DNA of 64,000 nt, taken from NCBI RefSeq assembly GCF_001194135.2, contig NC_068999.1, forward strand, positions 22,320,541 to 22,384,540, in the 5' to 3' direction. A model generated the notes under the pieces. It searched no databases and had not been told where the DNA came from. It saw only the letters and a list, made by a program, of their open reading frames with translations. This stretch comes from Octopus bimaculoides (Eukaryota). A program made the translations under genes and the position numbers. This document shows positions 1-14,110 of the stretch, piece after piece (positions within the stretch are counted from its first letter, which is position 1; every line of letters begins with the position of its first letter).

Positions 1-346
1 ATCACTACCACCACCATCATCACCATCACAACCATCAATCTACTAATGCCTTCACCATCTCTATGGCTACTATTACTCTCACCTCAGCAGGAGGAATAAA
101 TAGTAGAAATGTCATTGAATGGTGAGAGGTGGGGGTGTCAAAGTGTGACACACTGACACACACAAATTCGTTTTAGCTTTTAATATATGTGTGTGTGTTT
201 CTGTGTGTATATGTATGTATATATGCATGTGTGTGTATCTATATATATATATATATATATATATATNNNNNNNNNNTACATGTATATATGTATGTGTGTG
301 TATATATATGTATATATATGTTTGTGAGTGTGTCTGTGTGTATGTG

Positions 347-377
<31 letters not shown>

Positions 378-1332
378 GGTGATGTCATAAAAAATTTATG
401 AACTTTCAAGAGACCATGAACAAATTCTCTTGAAATATCTCAATGCACACACATAAAGCAGTAAATAATAGATTTTTTTGACCCCATATTTATGTGCTAT
501 CATTTATGGTTTTATGTGTGTACTTTGAGATATATATATATATCCCTCACCATATCACAGTTCACCTATCGCACATTCAGTACATCATGAATTTTTCTGT
601 CTAATATATATAATTTTATATTGGAAAACCTCAGAATATCACAGGTTTCTGCAGCCAATAGCTATTTATATTGTTTTAGATTTTAATTATTTCTGTGGGA
701 GGTTTTGGAACATAGCATCTGCAATAGTTGAAGGATTACTGTATATACATATGTTAGTTTGAAAGAACAGGAGAGATAGAGCTCAATATATGAGTACATA
801 CATTTTCTTCTTATTAATTGGTGGAAAGTGACTCAAACGCTGAAAGTTTTGCACATTACATTTAACAAACTTACTTCAAATCAAAGAGCTTGTTGCTTTA
901 TATAGAGTGAATTAATAAGGGTTTCTGGTTAAGAAATTAAATCAAAGGGTCATGTGAAAATGCATCAGATTAATAAAAAAGAATTTACATCTTACTAAGG
1001 TCAACTTTGGTAAGTGACAATATATTTGAATGGTTAAGATATTGGTTTGAAGGATCCATGGGTTCAGCATTGAGTTCAACTTCTGGTCAATCAATGCTGA
1101 TCTGGTGCTAGGCAACAAAAACCTACCTAAAAACAAATACTAATATACTGGTATTTGAAAGATTATTTCCTAAAAGGATATCATCTTGTTATATATATAT
1201 ACATATATATATAAACACACACACACACCAGCTTTCATGTATGGCATCTTGGGCAAGTGTCTTCTACAATAGCTCCAAGCTGAGCAATGCTTTGTAAGGG
1301 AATTTGGCAGGTGGAAACCATATGGAAACCTG

Positions 1333-1369
<37 letters not shown>

Positions 1370-2467
1370 GTGTGTGTGTTTGTGTGTATCATCCCCTCCC
1401 CATACTGCTTGACAATGGTGTTGGTTTGTTTATGTGGCTGCAGCTTAGCAGTTTAGCAAAAGAGACCAATAGAATAAGTATCAGGCTTAAAAAATAAGTG
1501 CTAGTGATGATTTGTTTAACTAAACTCTTCTAAGTCATGTCCCAGCAAGGCTGCAATCCAATGACTGAAAGATGCAAAAGATAAAAGATATCTGAACTGT
1601 CTTTCTTATGCAACAATGGAAAAATAGTCATATAATGTATAAGATACTGATTCCTTATCATCTTGATTCAGCTCAATTCACTGAATCTGAAATGTCTTTA
1701 GAATCATGGATATAAATGAATTTTTCGACTGGCATTAACTTAGGCCTTTAATAAACTATCAGTTATTTAATCAGGAACTGTTTAAGGTTTCTCAGCTGTG
1801 CATTTACCATTACCATAAATCAGTACCACTTTCATATTGACAAGCTGTCAACTGAGATAGAAGGTAAGCAATAGCTATTTAGTAAATTCTCTTAGAAATG
1901 TTTCTAATTCTGATAAATGCAATATTCATGATATAACAATGGTGATGAGGATGCCGATTGCTTTATACAGGAATGAAAGAGAATAAAAAAATTGAGAAAG
2001 ACTGACAAATGATACAATTTTTAAGAAAGGAAATTAGGTCATAGACCTTGGTTGGTTGACAACTTCCCAAAACAAATGTGCTCATTGAACCAACAAAAAA
2101 GTAACTTATGAGAAGCAATTTAATTTGTTGAAAAAGAAAGAAAAACATTGGAAAAAAATAAATATGCTCTTTGAGGGAATGTGCATGTATGTGTGTATGA
2201 ATGCATGTACAAAATAAATATCATGAAGAAAAGTGATTGTAATTGTGTGAAAGAGATTGGAAAGAAAATTCACTAATGGTACAATTGTGTGGAAAGGTAA
2301 AAAAAAAAGTTATTCTTCAGTTGATACAAGAATAGATTTTATCAATAAGACTCAGATATCGTCATAAGAAAAACAAGAACAAAAATTCCAAGTAATCAGT
2401 AAATTCTTCAGTCCGTAAAAGAATATTCTCATTGTTTATTTAGCATGCATGTGTGTATGTATGTATA

Positions 2468-2503
<36 letters not shown>

Positions 2504-3977
2504 CAAAAATACACATACATACATATATACATACATACATATATTGATTTTTAAATCACATGACCAGTACAGCTAAGATCAATATCTGGCTAAACCTCAG
2601 CATCTCTCATCTAACTCCATATTGAATAAAAAGAAATGAAGTTGCAAAGTGTCTGTGAGTAAAGAAGAATCAAATAGATGCTGACTTCTCTTCTTGCACC
2701 TGTATATCTATTTATAGAGATGATCAGCTAACACACTACAGCTCTAATAAAGCAAGAGGTTACTTCCTGCATATCTGGCAGAACAAGTGCAAGTTCTGCA
2801 AAGCCTGAGGTAATTTTCATCTTGAAGTACCAACCTTTAACAGATTTGCTTTTTTATTTATTTACTTATTTTTGTTAATCACTAAAACTGCTGTCTTGAG
2901 CAAATCAAATAGAAGTCATACTATCTAATTATTTATCTCTTAAATTCAGATTACTGAGCTATAGAAGTTAATATTTCAGAATTTGTTGAGTAACAGAACT
3001 AGCGCATATCCTGAAAACTTTTCATACTACTTTTGCAGTATGTATGTCAAGTATTTTGGGCAAGGTGAAGATGATAAACTACCACTTCCTTAACTATTAA
3101 ATGTGTATCAAATATGTAAGTATGTATAATAGTGGAAGTCTGCTGCTGTTGCAGCAACTGTCTCTACTGTTGCTCTCCTCAAATACAAGTTTTTATGTTT
3201 TTGTTGTTGCTCACCTTGCAAGCCAAGATTTTGATTCCCATTGGAGGTCACTTTATTTCAGATATACTACTAATGTTTTAGAACAGACCCAAAATAACAT
3301 CCTATTTCTATTTGCAGTAATCAAGAAAGTATGGTGACTAAAATCAATAAGGCAGCCATAGCAATCAACTAATACTAAAGGGTGAGTGATGCGCATAGCA
3401 TTGAGTTTATGACCAAGATGCTGAGAAGAAGATGCTGTTATAGCAAGAATCATGACACCCCCTGTGAGAACTGACTAGCCATGAAGAAATTTCACAGAGT
3501 TTTGCACAGTAGAAGTTTTGGGTTACAAACAGCTCACTGACCATTATTATCAATTTTGGGGTCAAAGAAAGGAATTCCTACCCATTCAGCAAATAGGTTA
3601 CAATGCTGGGGTATGATATTGTTGAAGAACGATTTTAAGATGGAGTACATACCATCCAAGAAGTTAGGCAATGTGGATTGTTTATCAAGGCTAATTCCAA
3701 AATATATGGAACTATTCGAAGATACCGTGATTGCTGCGCTGCGAGCGGAAAATGAAATAAAAATCATTTTGTGTAACATCATTCAGGAGCTACCAGTAAC
3801 TGTTCAAAATATAAAACCAAAATTGGAGAATGACATATTCATTGCAAAAATGAAAGAGACATCGAAGGTAAGAGAAAATATAAATATACGTAACACAAAT
3901 GTGAACCATTTTTCTCTGTGTGATAATATGATGTATGTAGAAACAGTTGTAGTGCCAGTTGCACTACAAAAGCATGT

Positions 3978-4226
3978 CATCATCATCATCATCATCGTTT
4001 AACGTCCGCTTTCCATGCTAGCATGGGTTGGACGATTTGACTGAGGACTGGTGAAACCAGATGGCTACACCAAGCTCCAATCTGATTTGGCAGAGTTTCT
4101 ACAGCTGGATGCCCTTCCTAACGCCAACCACTCTGAGAGTGTAGTGGGTGCTTTTACGTGCCACCGGCACGAAGGCCAGTCAGGTGGGACTGGCAACAGC
4201 CACGCTCAAAATGGTGTATTTTACGT
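3978..4226 (-). mobile_element. SINE-like family A, (ATG)n-tailed, 5'-truncated, inserted in the Gypsy integrase
   Basis: (CAT)n-CGTTTAACGTCCGCTTTCCATGCTAGCATGGG on plus. Flanked by GCATGT (3972-3977, 4227-4232). Removing it restores LQKHV-LSEFHMGH. Confidence 0.9.
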
Positions 4227-5275
4227 GCATGTATTAAGTGAATTTCATATGGGGCACCAAAGGATTTCAAGAATGAAATCAGTAATGAGGAGTTATGTGT
4301 ATTGGCCTACTATGGACTGTGACATCGAGCAATTGGTGAAATCCTGCAGAGGTTGTGCTCTCGCAGCAAAGTCACCACCAGTGAAATTCCAATTATGGTC
4401 GAAGATGGACAGTCTGTGGTCCAGGCTACATAAAGATTTTGGTGGACCAGTAAACAGCACATATTATCTGATCATAGTAGACATTTATACCAAGTGGCCA
4501 GAGATATGTAAATGCAGTCAACCAACCTCGAAGGTAACAATAAGGTTCCTTCACAAGCTTTTTGTGTGACACAGTGTCCCAGACACCATAATATCAGATA
4601 ACAGAATGCAGTTTGCGGGGTACAAATTTAGAAATTTCTGTGAGAGGTATGCAATCAATTACATCTCTACTCCACTGTACCACCTGAGATCAAATGGGCA
4701 AGCAGAAAGGTTTGTATGCACATTTAAACGAGAACTAAAAAAATCAGGAAATGAATTAGGCAATGATGCAGCTCTAACTCAATTCTTAAGGGTTTTACAG
4801 GGTTACACCTAACCTAAACATCTGTTCAGACAAGTCACCCCGCAGAGCTAATGTTTGCCTTGAAGATAAAAATCAATTTTTGATAAATTGTTATCTACAA
4901 AAAAAAACTTATAGGGAAAACTCAAGATACACAACAAAGTATTTTAATGTGGGAGATAAAGTTCATTTCAAAATATATAAGAATGGAAGACAAGTTTGGG
5001 AGGACAGTATAGTGACAAAAAGAATAGGCAGTATGATATACATAATAAAAGGTCAAACAGTAGAGCATAAACAACACTTGAACCAGTTGAAGACTAGACA
5101 TAGAGAAGAAAGAGAAGAAATACCAATGGAAGTTTATGACTTGTTCAATGTTCCAACACTAACTTCTGAGGAAATTAAAATCTCAAAAAAGGGAGAGGTT
5201 ACGATGGAAAAAAAAAAGAATAAAATTAATTAAACAATTTGCACTTCCTACAGAAGTCAAATTTGAAAAGGGAGA

Positions 5276-5607
5276 TGTTATGGTGTGAATCATGACACCC
5301 CATGTGAGAATGGACTAGCCGAACTCATATAAGTAGCAGCGTATTTGACTGAGAGCAAGAGATGAGAAATCGCAGGAAGTTGAAAGGTGGCATTTGTGAG
5401 TTCATGGAGTTGCAGAAAATTGTCGAGAGGTTGTAGTTCATTGAGAGTTGTTTTGGATTGATTACAGCTATGTCAGAGTATTTGGGAATACATCAAGTGG
5501 AGACAGTTGGTGTCTGCTCCGTTCTGCAGTATTGTTTATCACAGCTATAGTGTAGGATACAAAAGTGATATACAGAAATCACATTATAAAAGAAACATTA
5601 AACAACA
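5276..5607 (+). repeat. 3' LTR of the Gypsy element
   Basis: Starts with TGT directly after the PPT and probably ends ...TAAACAACA. 5287-5320 matches 3447-3480 at 31/34 nt. The right boundary is approximate; no TSD confirmed. Confidence 0.7.
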
Positions 5608-6569
5608 TCTGATTAGATAACTAACAGCTTGTCTTTATAATATTTTAGCCTGAGAAGGTTAATGTTTAATACAAGCTCTCTCAGACTAGTGAGGCTGACA
5701 TAGTTGAAGATCAGCTTGAACTTCTGTAGGGATGTAGGGGAAAATGTGTGCAGGAGAAAGTGTTTGCAGTAGAGTTTGTAGGATGAAACATAAAGAACAA
5801 TGAAAGATAAGGGCATTGAGTGAGCTAGGATAAATGTGGTACACATCTTGCAAGTTTAGAAGAACAGGAAGCATTGGAAGGTTTGCCAGTCAATCAGATG
5901 GCCTATTTTGGGATACCTTTTGAACGTATTGTTCAGTACTGCATTCCCTAACTCTAGGTGGATGCCACAATACAGCACTGCTGTAAAACTGACGAATGAT
6001 TCATTGTGACAGAATGAAGTCATATTCAAGGAAAGATTTGTCTCATCTACTCAACACCACAGAAAACAGTAACAAGTCAGACAAGCAGACTACAGAAATA
6101 TGTGAAGAGACTAAAACATTGTTGAACAATTTAGCATTATTTTCTTCATTCGAATAAATGTACGTCAATTTATTTACAGGCTTTAATCACTAAAGAATCC
6201 CAAGTAACAGGGTAAACTGGTATAGTCCTCATGAATTATAGTCAAAGCAGCATATTTGCCAATGATATCTTAAGTAAAATTACCTTATGTTAATATATAT
6301 GTATAATTCAGTCTAAATAAAATTTAGTTACAATATTATTTTGTGACAGTAAATCTGTCATATGTAAAAAACATAGATTTAACCTAATTATTTGGAGTAT
6401 ATTGCTGTGATGATAATAGATGCAGTAATTTTAATTATGAAATATTTCAAATTTTAACTCAATTTACAGATTAGTATCTGCTGTGTGAGATTTAAAGCAG
6501 ATATCAGGCAGGGCATGAATTTAAGAATTTAGTCAGTATTAGCCTTCATAAGAGAAAATATTCAAAGTT

Positions 6570-6861
6570 ATTCTGCTGTGTCTGGGGAGAGTCATTCTCT
6601 TTTAGTGCCTTATAATTTAACACACTCACCAGTAAAATTTCCACTCATTTATTTATTTTTCTAAAACTTTTCGTTGTCTTGCAACCTTTTCAATAGTCGT
6701 TGGCTCTGTCCGTTATTCAAGCTGCATTCTTTTTGTTTGTTTTTGTGCATATGTGGGCACATACACATGTATGTATGTATATATGTATACATGCATGCAA
6801 GTGTGTGTATACATGATATAAGGCACTAAAAGAGAATTACTCTCCCCAGACACAACAGAAT
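6570..6861. repeat. Penelope-type terminal-repeat fragments in inverted orientation (45-bp arms, 43/45 identical)
   Basis: 6570-6614 ATTCTGCTGTGTCTGGGGAGAGTCATTCTCTTTTAGTGCCTTATA is the reverse complement of 6817-6861; a hammerhead-like motif lies between them. PLE origin is inferred. Confidence 0.55.
6661..6696 (-). ncRNA. Degenerate minimal type I hammerhead-like motif, U3:A8 variant
   Basis: Minus strand: CUA-UUGAAAA-G-GUUG(CAAGA)CAAC-GAAA-AGUU-U-UAG. Helix I only 3 bp; helix III imperfect. Confidence 0.35.
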
Positions 6862-9779
6862 ATGCTTCAACACATAAACTCACATAAAGAATCTTGCAAA
6901 CCAAATCCAAAAATGAAATTCAAAGTTATGTTGAAAAACAATGCTTAGTAATGCAAAATATATTCAACTATAAAGTCCTTGTTTGAATTACACATATTTG
7001 GAATAATAACTGTTACTTTTGGTGGATAGAATTAAATGCCAATCCTCTTCATATGTGAAGGCGAATGTTACTACATATGAAAATATACAGCACTCATTAG
7101 AGAAATAGCTAATTTATTATATTTTGACACTGATAAAAAGGAAACTATAAAAATGCAAATAGTAAATGATACAAGGCTTATGTGTATTCATCAAGCAGTG
7201 CAACATGTACACTAAATGAATACAATGGATAAGAGTAAATAGAATGTAGTCTTTCAAAGTACAGTGTTGATTTGAAAGAAAAGCTGCGCTAGACACAAGA
7301 AAACAACTAAACATGAAATGTGATTAAGCTATTTATATAGAAGTATGTTACTCTTGCTATGAGAGAAGAATTAATATTAAAACAAAGCTGGAAAAATAGT
7401 TTACTAGAAGAGAAAGCTTAAAGTATCTCCCTACTGCTTGAGATGGAGTTCAAGTTTATATGAATAAGATATTTTAAAATATAATGGGACAAAATGCAAC
7501 TAAAATACATTAATAAGAATTCTGAATTTTCCTTTATATAGACTACACCCTTGTTGTTTTATTAATGTTAACTAGGGTGTAACTGATGGTGAGAATGTCA
7601 CATTAAGTTTTATTTAACAAAACATTCGACATTTAAACTGATGATCTTCAAATATATTCAGAACTTCATATAGTGTCTGATTGCTCAACTCTCTTAAATA
7701 AGGTGGTTTTATGATAATACATCCCAGATGAGTTGTTGGTCTCATAGATTTACTCTTTACCTCATATTTTCTATATACAATCGATTCAATATAATTGCAT
7801 AGCTTCATGAATGAAATTCTGATAAAATTAACTGGAGTGTACAGCTAAATTTATATAGCAAGTAATCAGGTATTGTTACACACATATAGATAATATAATA
7901 TACCAAGGATAAGATGTATTTTTAATTACAGTCCTTCCGTACAGAACTTTTGAGCCAGTAGCCTGTGATAGGAAAGGCATTCAGATAGAAACCATATCAA
8001 AATCATGGGATGTACATGTCAGTTGTGAACTCTGCAAGCTGCATTGCAGGTTACTCATCTTGGAGAGCAGTAAGGCCTCTCCCCACCTCCACACACACAG
8101 GCCACAAGTTTTCTAGACAAAAGCTTCCTACATGGGATAAGTTCTGTACCAGAAGCCCTCCCACATGGGGTTAGATTTCAAGTGGAAGCGATAAGATACA
8201 TGTATTCCACAACTGTAAGACAGTGATAGCATTTTTTCTCTTCGATATTCTTTAATTACCCAAGTCTAGCTACATAATTAAATTCTTCCATAACATGCAG
8301 ATTGAGAAAAAATGCAGTTGATAATGAAAACAACAAAAAAGCATACATTGGCCATTTGATTCAAAACTCCTTTTATAAATATTATCTCCAATGAAGACCT
8401 GTTTATTGAAAATTCTCATTTCATAATAAAGAAGATAAAAATTTACCAAAATCTGAAGTGCAATAGTTTTTAATTCATTGAAATGGTAAAAGTAACTTGA
8501 ATTCATTTGACTCTTGACATTGCTTGTTTGTAAAGTGTCATCTTAACTCATAAAAAAAGGAGACTTCTAAAATCACTTTATTCATACTGAATTAAATAAA
8601 TGTTCAATTTTATGCTACACTGCATCAAGTTTTTGCTTGAAATCAGAAAAACATTTGGGCAATTAACCAAAATTGATGTTATTTGCATAAGCAATTTACC
8701 TATCACTTTTACAAACACTTGACATGAAACAGTTCAGTGTTTTGAAAAGTTAAGCAATTAACCAAATTGAGTGCGTTTGAAAAGGTTTTCAGCCGAGAAT
8801 TTAACATTATGTAAATTTCCAAAATGAATCTGAAAATAAGATAAAAATTTAACTATAACCTACATGTAATCTTTCATAAACTTGCTGTTGCCCTAGCAAT
8901 TGCTATTTTTGTAGTGCATCTCTTTATCTTAGTTCTACATATTCTTGTTTCAGAAAAAAAAAAAAAAAAAAGATAATCTATAATCTACTTTGGATATCAT
9001 TGAATCACAAACAGTTCACACAGAGTACACAAACAGAATAAAACAAGAACTTATTTATTTATTTCATCATCTATTTACTTTTGTAATAGTAAGAGAATAG
9101 TAAGCATTCACTATGGATTAAATTGCCAATATCTCTTCTCATATGACTCCCATATGTTACAGACTCTTAAAAAATGAGAGGCAATAAAAAAAAAATTGAC
9201 CTTCATTATAAATGCTATAAAGGTGATATCTAAGTATGTAATGCATCTGAAATTGCAGAAAGATATCTTAAATGTTAAATATGTCTGCTGTTTATAGCAT
9301 TTGGAATTAACATTTGGGATAATTTTTTTTTATTACAAAAAGAGTAAAAGAAAAAAAAAAGATCCAGTCTTGGTAGAGAAATATCACTAATAAAGCAATA
9401 TCTAATGAGAAAGAAGTGAAAGCATGAGCTGCAGGGAAAAGATGTAAGATATACAAATAAAAGAAAGAAGGAGACAAAAATAAATACTTTATCTTTAGAC
9501 TACTTCTGAAATATAAAAAGAACAAGGGGCATCTCTCAAACAGTTAATTATATAGAGCACAAATGACTGATATGCGTTATTATTTGGAAATAACAGTAAA
9601 ATATGTACATATGGACATCCTCTGCACATTGGTAAATCCAGAGTCAATACAGCAGAGAAAGAAAGGAAAACTGTTTTTATTTTATAGCTTTGTTATGTTA
9701 GTCAATGGAAAGAAGAACAAAGCCCAAGATTTTTGCAATCCATCCTAGAATGGTGAAACTAGTGTGGTTAATGAACATC

Positions 9780-10870
9780 TAAGGGTGGATATCTGCAGAA
9801 AAATTCTGAGGAAGGAAGGAATTTTAAGAGATTTTCAGTTTTGATAGTAGAAAGAGTGGGCAAGTCTTCAGTACAGGATCTTGAGGATGAGACATGAGTA
9901 GTGAAAAAAGGACAGATGGATACGATGGTTTGCCTGGGTAGTGAAGTATGAAGTTAGCTAATTCAGAAGTAGCGCCTATTATATGTAGTAAGGTTAGAAG
10001 AGACAGGAAAAATAGCATTTTTGTGACTTAGTGCTTGTAGAATATTAGCAAGTGTATCTTTTAGTTAACTGCATGACCTTTAGTGGAGGTGGGGGATGTA
10101 ATCTAAAATATTTAACCTGTATCAAAAGAACTGTCCCAAATACGTGAATAGTAATTTGGATCTTGAGCTTTGTAAAAGGTCAACAACTGATCTGGCTTTA
10201 AGTATCCACTGGCTCTAAAGAGGAAGCCTTCCTTGTCTTTGGGATACAGTTTTGGCAATGTCTAAGGATACCATGAGAGATTAAATATTGAGAGGATCCC
10301 ACATTTGTAATGCATTTGAAGGTTTTAATTGTTCATGTGAAGAAAGGATATGCACCAACACAGTTTCCATGATATGTGTAGCAACTTTGTCATACTGCTG
10401 TCGTAGGATTCTAGGCTGTCATGCCTCTCATGAGGATGCTTCCAAGTTTTTGTTCAGAGAAATTGTGTATGTCTTGAGTGATGACTCTACTATGTATGCA
10501 GATAAGCCTATGTGCAGAAGGGTAAGGAGGAATGAAGCCTTGTATTATCTGCATAGGAGTATATGTTGCTAAATGTGACAGGAAGATTATGATTATCATA
10601 CACAAAGTACAGTATAGGAAACAATCTTCACAGCAATGGAGCAGTTTAACAGAAAATTAATGATCCAAGAAATGAGACTCAGATACAGCTCACAGGTGAG
10701 TAACTAAATATGTGAACTCATAGGTGAATTCACATGGCTAATCATAGTCAAAACCAGCTTTGCTGATGTCAGGGCAACAATGTTGTTTCCATCAGAGTTC
10801 TCAACTGGTGCATGTACAAAGTAGCAAGACATTAAAGAGGAAGAAAACTCAATGTAGCAAGGTGAGTGGG
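9780..10870 (-). mobile_element. Highly degenerate CR1/L2-group LINE ORF2 fragments
   Basis: Remnant RT-like text (ISLNKNLEAS, LDIAKTV) and a C-terminal NSFLP-like stretch, with many stops and frameshifts. Confidence 0.4.
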
Positions 10871-12487
10871 CAGGGGGAAGATGAAACATTAAATATATTT
10901 AAGATAATTAAGGAGAAATTTCTATAGGAGATAATGAAATACTTTTTAAAAAAAACCTAGCTATTATTTGGTTAAAGAGAGCAAGTTGATAGAAATAGTA
11001 TCAGTCTAAATCATTAGCAGCAGTAACATGCTAGCATGATTTGGTTAGCTTTTCCGAGATAGTGTTTTATGGCTGGATGCCCTTCCTCTTATGAACCTTT
11101 TAGTCACCTCATACAACACATAAGGATGGCAAACATGAAGTAAATTATCAGACTAAATGTTTTATACTATCTGCTACCAAACTGAGTTCAAATTCTGCCA
11201 GAGTTGTATGAATTTTCTCACCACCCAGAGTCTATCAGTGGAATCAAATCAATGAGCTACATATCATCCTTGCAAAAATTGGTTTTGTGACTAATAAAAA
11301 ACATCAATATTTGGTGGCCTATATTTGATACAGGTGAAATAATCAAAGTAAATGTAAACTAATCTTAAATCCGTAAAATTTATCTGTCATGCAACAAAGC
11401 TTTGAAATCTTATTGATAAATGAAAATTTTTTACTCTTTTAGAATATCCTTTGCATATAAAATAAAATAATTAATTAAAAGAAAGACCTGCATACAAAAC
11501 AACAGTAGTTTAATTATATTATGCTTGGTTTTCAAAATTGTTTTATTCTAGTCAGTACTGAGATAGAAAGCAGAAAAATTTAGACTTTTATTCTGAAATC
11601 TTTTCATTAGTACTAGTCTCCTACTTCCAGTTTATGTAGAGATCTAGGTCTATTATCTATTCAAAGATAAGAGTGAGGTGAATTCTAGTGGCCCTACAAT
11701 AACCTTTCACCAATCTATTAATATACTATTGATTGTATCAGCAACTAAATATGTAATAGAGAAGCTGTTAATCTTTGCCTTTCCTTTGTGTGTGTGTGTG
11801 TTTTTGCATGCAAGCATGCATGCATGTGTGCACATGACAAAATTTTTATGCAAAGCTCTTATTCTGCAGACTGCCAGACTACAAAAGCTAGAATCTGGAA
11901 AAATGGAAAATTATAAATTGAGCTAGAGAGCAGTATGAGGCACAAAAAAAATATGAGTATACTAGAACAGTTCAGACAAGTTTCTTTCTCATTAAGCTTT
12001 TGGAAAGTTATAAAGATTTTTTTTTTTTTTTGAGCAAGTGACAGTTATTGAGCAACTTCCAGAAAAATTAAGAGAAAATGCATAACTGAAAAAGGAAAGG
12101 CCCTCTGAAATTGCAGGTTTATTTATTTAAAATAAAATAAAAATACTAAGAAAGTTAAATGAAAATCCTTTGACACTAGAGAAAAATCATTTATTTTAAG
12201 ATGAAACATATTTTGTATATTCTCTTGGTGCAGTTTATTCTTGCATATAAAGATTTCTCATTTTAGCAACAAAAAAACTATATGAGGAGGAGTAAGCCAA
12301 TTGAGTCAACTCCAAAACACAACTAGTACTTATTTTAACAACTTCTGAGTAATGAAATGCAAAATTCCCCCAGCAGAATTTCAATATGGATCATAGGTAG
12401 ACAAAACTAAATAGTGTAAGGGATTTAGTTCCACACTAACATTTTTGTCTTATTTCCTCTTATTGTAATACTTTTATTCTTTGAACT

Positions 12488-12735
12488 CGTCGTCGTTTAA
12501 CGTCCGCTTTCCATGCTAGCATGGGTTGGACGATTTGACTGAGGACTGGCGAAACCAGATGGCTACACCAGGCTCCAATCTGATCTGGCAGAGTTTCTAC
12601 AGCTGGATGCCCTTCCTAACGCCAACCACTCAGAGAGTGTAGTGGGTGCTTCTACGTGTCACCTGCACGGAGGCCAGTCAGGCGGTACTGGCAACGGCCA
12701 CGCTCAAAATGGTGCATTTCATGTGCCACCCGCAC
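12488..12735 (-). mobile_element. SINE-like family A copy
   Basis: Nearly identical by eye to 3978-4226. Confidence 0.85.
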
Positions 12736-13519
12736 AAAAAAAAAAAAAAAAATTCACATATTCTTCAATCTCTTCAAAAGGTTTTGTAAGAGTACTATCA
12801 TCTTATAGGTTGTTTGTTTCTCTATATTTTTACAAAAAACATTAATTTAGGCCCAATTCAAGCCCAATTATGCAGACTTATGATCAAGAGTGTTTCACTC
12901 CCAGTAGCTATGATTTTACAAAAGCCATTTTCTTTTTGTCAGATATTATTTAAAACTATCCGTGTAGAGATTGCCTCATTGGGTTTCACATCCGTCTCCT
13001 TGTTTTGGTGATGTAATAGCTATAGTAATAACTGTCATTCTAATAAATATTCTTATATACACAAAATATTTCACTTAAAATTTTCTATTTAATTAAAAAA
13101 TATACTATTAATCCTGGTTATATTGTGTTTGATTTTTCTTACTTTTCTAACACTTACTTCTCATTCATTGCCATATATTGCAGCCTGGCTCATTAAACTT
13201 GTAACTAAGCAATGTTTAAATGTAAATATGAAATATTTTAGAATCACTGCTTATCAGCTGACGTTCCTATGTTACAGGTCTCATAACTTAAACTACTGGT
13301 TTATTATCAACTGCAAATAATTTCACTTGGAAAATCCAAGCACACATAAAAAAAGTTCAAATGAAATTGCATTTGCAATTTCTAAGTTTCTCAACTAGAC
13401 AAACTTACTCTTTTGAACTATTACACCTGACACATCTGAGACAGTTAAGAAGGGGGACCAAAATTAATATATAGAGATATCCCTCCATATTTCCTACACA
13501 ACAAAATCAACAACTCCAA

Positions 13520-14110
13520 AGTGGTTCATACACATCTATGCTGCAGCTGTACAAACAAGGAGCATTGCCAATAACAATAATGAATCACCCATCATCACTA
13601 TTTGAGAGGTATTCACTTTCTATTACAAAAGCTGGAGACCTATATAACTTGTCCTCTTCCAAAATACAACTGAAGCTTTCAGTCTGCTCTCAGAAACAGC
13701 TTGACAAACCAACAGAATCTTCCTACTTGCAACAGTACTCTTGTAGATAAATATAATGTTTTTAGCTTCTAATTTCCCTCACAACACTCATCTCAAAACC
13801 CCTCTCAAATTCTCCTTCTCTACTCCAGTAGTCTCACTCACCATCTGATATAAACAGTTGACAAATGCAAAAACTTTTGGATCACTCCAACCCAACAAGA
13901 TGAATTGTGCTGTTCGTGTTGCTGCTTTCACCCTCAAGCGATGTGTTCCCAAACTGGTCCCTACCTAGATCAAACTATTCACCAACCTCTCAGTATATCT
14001 ATCTAGCCCAACCTATACCAATTATAGGTTTATTGCCTTCATTTCCAATATTTTCAAAGGCAATGAAAACAATTACTTCCTTCATAATTGTAGGAATATG
14101 GCTTTTGTAA
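13520..14110 (+). mobile_element. Degenerate CR1/L2-group LINE RT fragment
   Basis: PIIGLLPSFPIFSKAMKTIT resembles the RT motif YRPI-LL-IFSK-ME-II. Confidence 0.4.

Larger units (their letters stand above)
3436..5607 (+). mobile_element. Ty3/Gypsy LTR retrotransposon, internally deleted and degenerate (RNase H tail, integrase, PPT, 3' LTR)
   Basis: RNase H end KKFHRVLHSRSFGLQTAH*PLLSILGSKKGIPTHSANRLQCWG. Integrase HHCC (FHMGH...YVYWP...CRGC) and D,D,E core (HKDFGGP, IISDN, NGQAERFV). PPT GAAAAGGGAGA at 5265-5275 precedes TGTTA. The first 45 nt (3436-3480) match the 3' LTR start. Confidence 0.9.

Noticed and set aside
189-401. YI/IY/CV/HT-rich ORFs here and near 18362, 23935-24515, 31843-32287 and 63621-63988
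   Set aside because: They are translations of (TA)n, (CA)n and (TACA)n microsatellites.
3431-3435. Gypsy target-site duplication
   Set aside because: The left flank GATGC does not match the sequence after the proposed 3' LTR end (TCTGA).
4051-4226. MKPDGYTKLQSDLAEFLQLDALPNANHSESVVGAF peptide, recurring at 12642, 30638 and 33682
   Set aside because: It is an incidental translation of SINE-like family A.
12539-12558. CTGAGGA-CTGGC-GAAA in family A looks like a hammerhead core
   Set aside because: No helix II can form and helix III fails; CTGG...CCAG is a simple hairpin and the 4050 copy differs.
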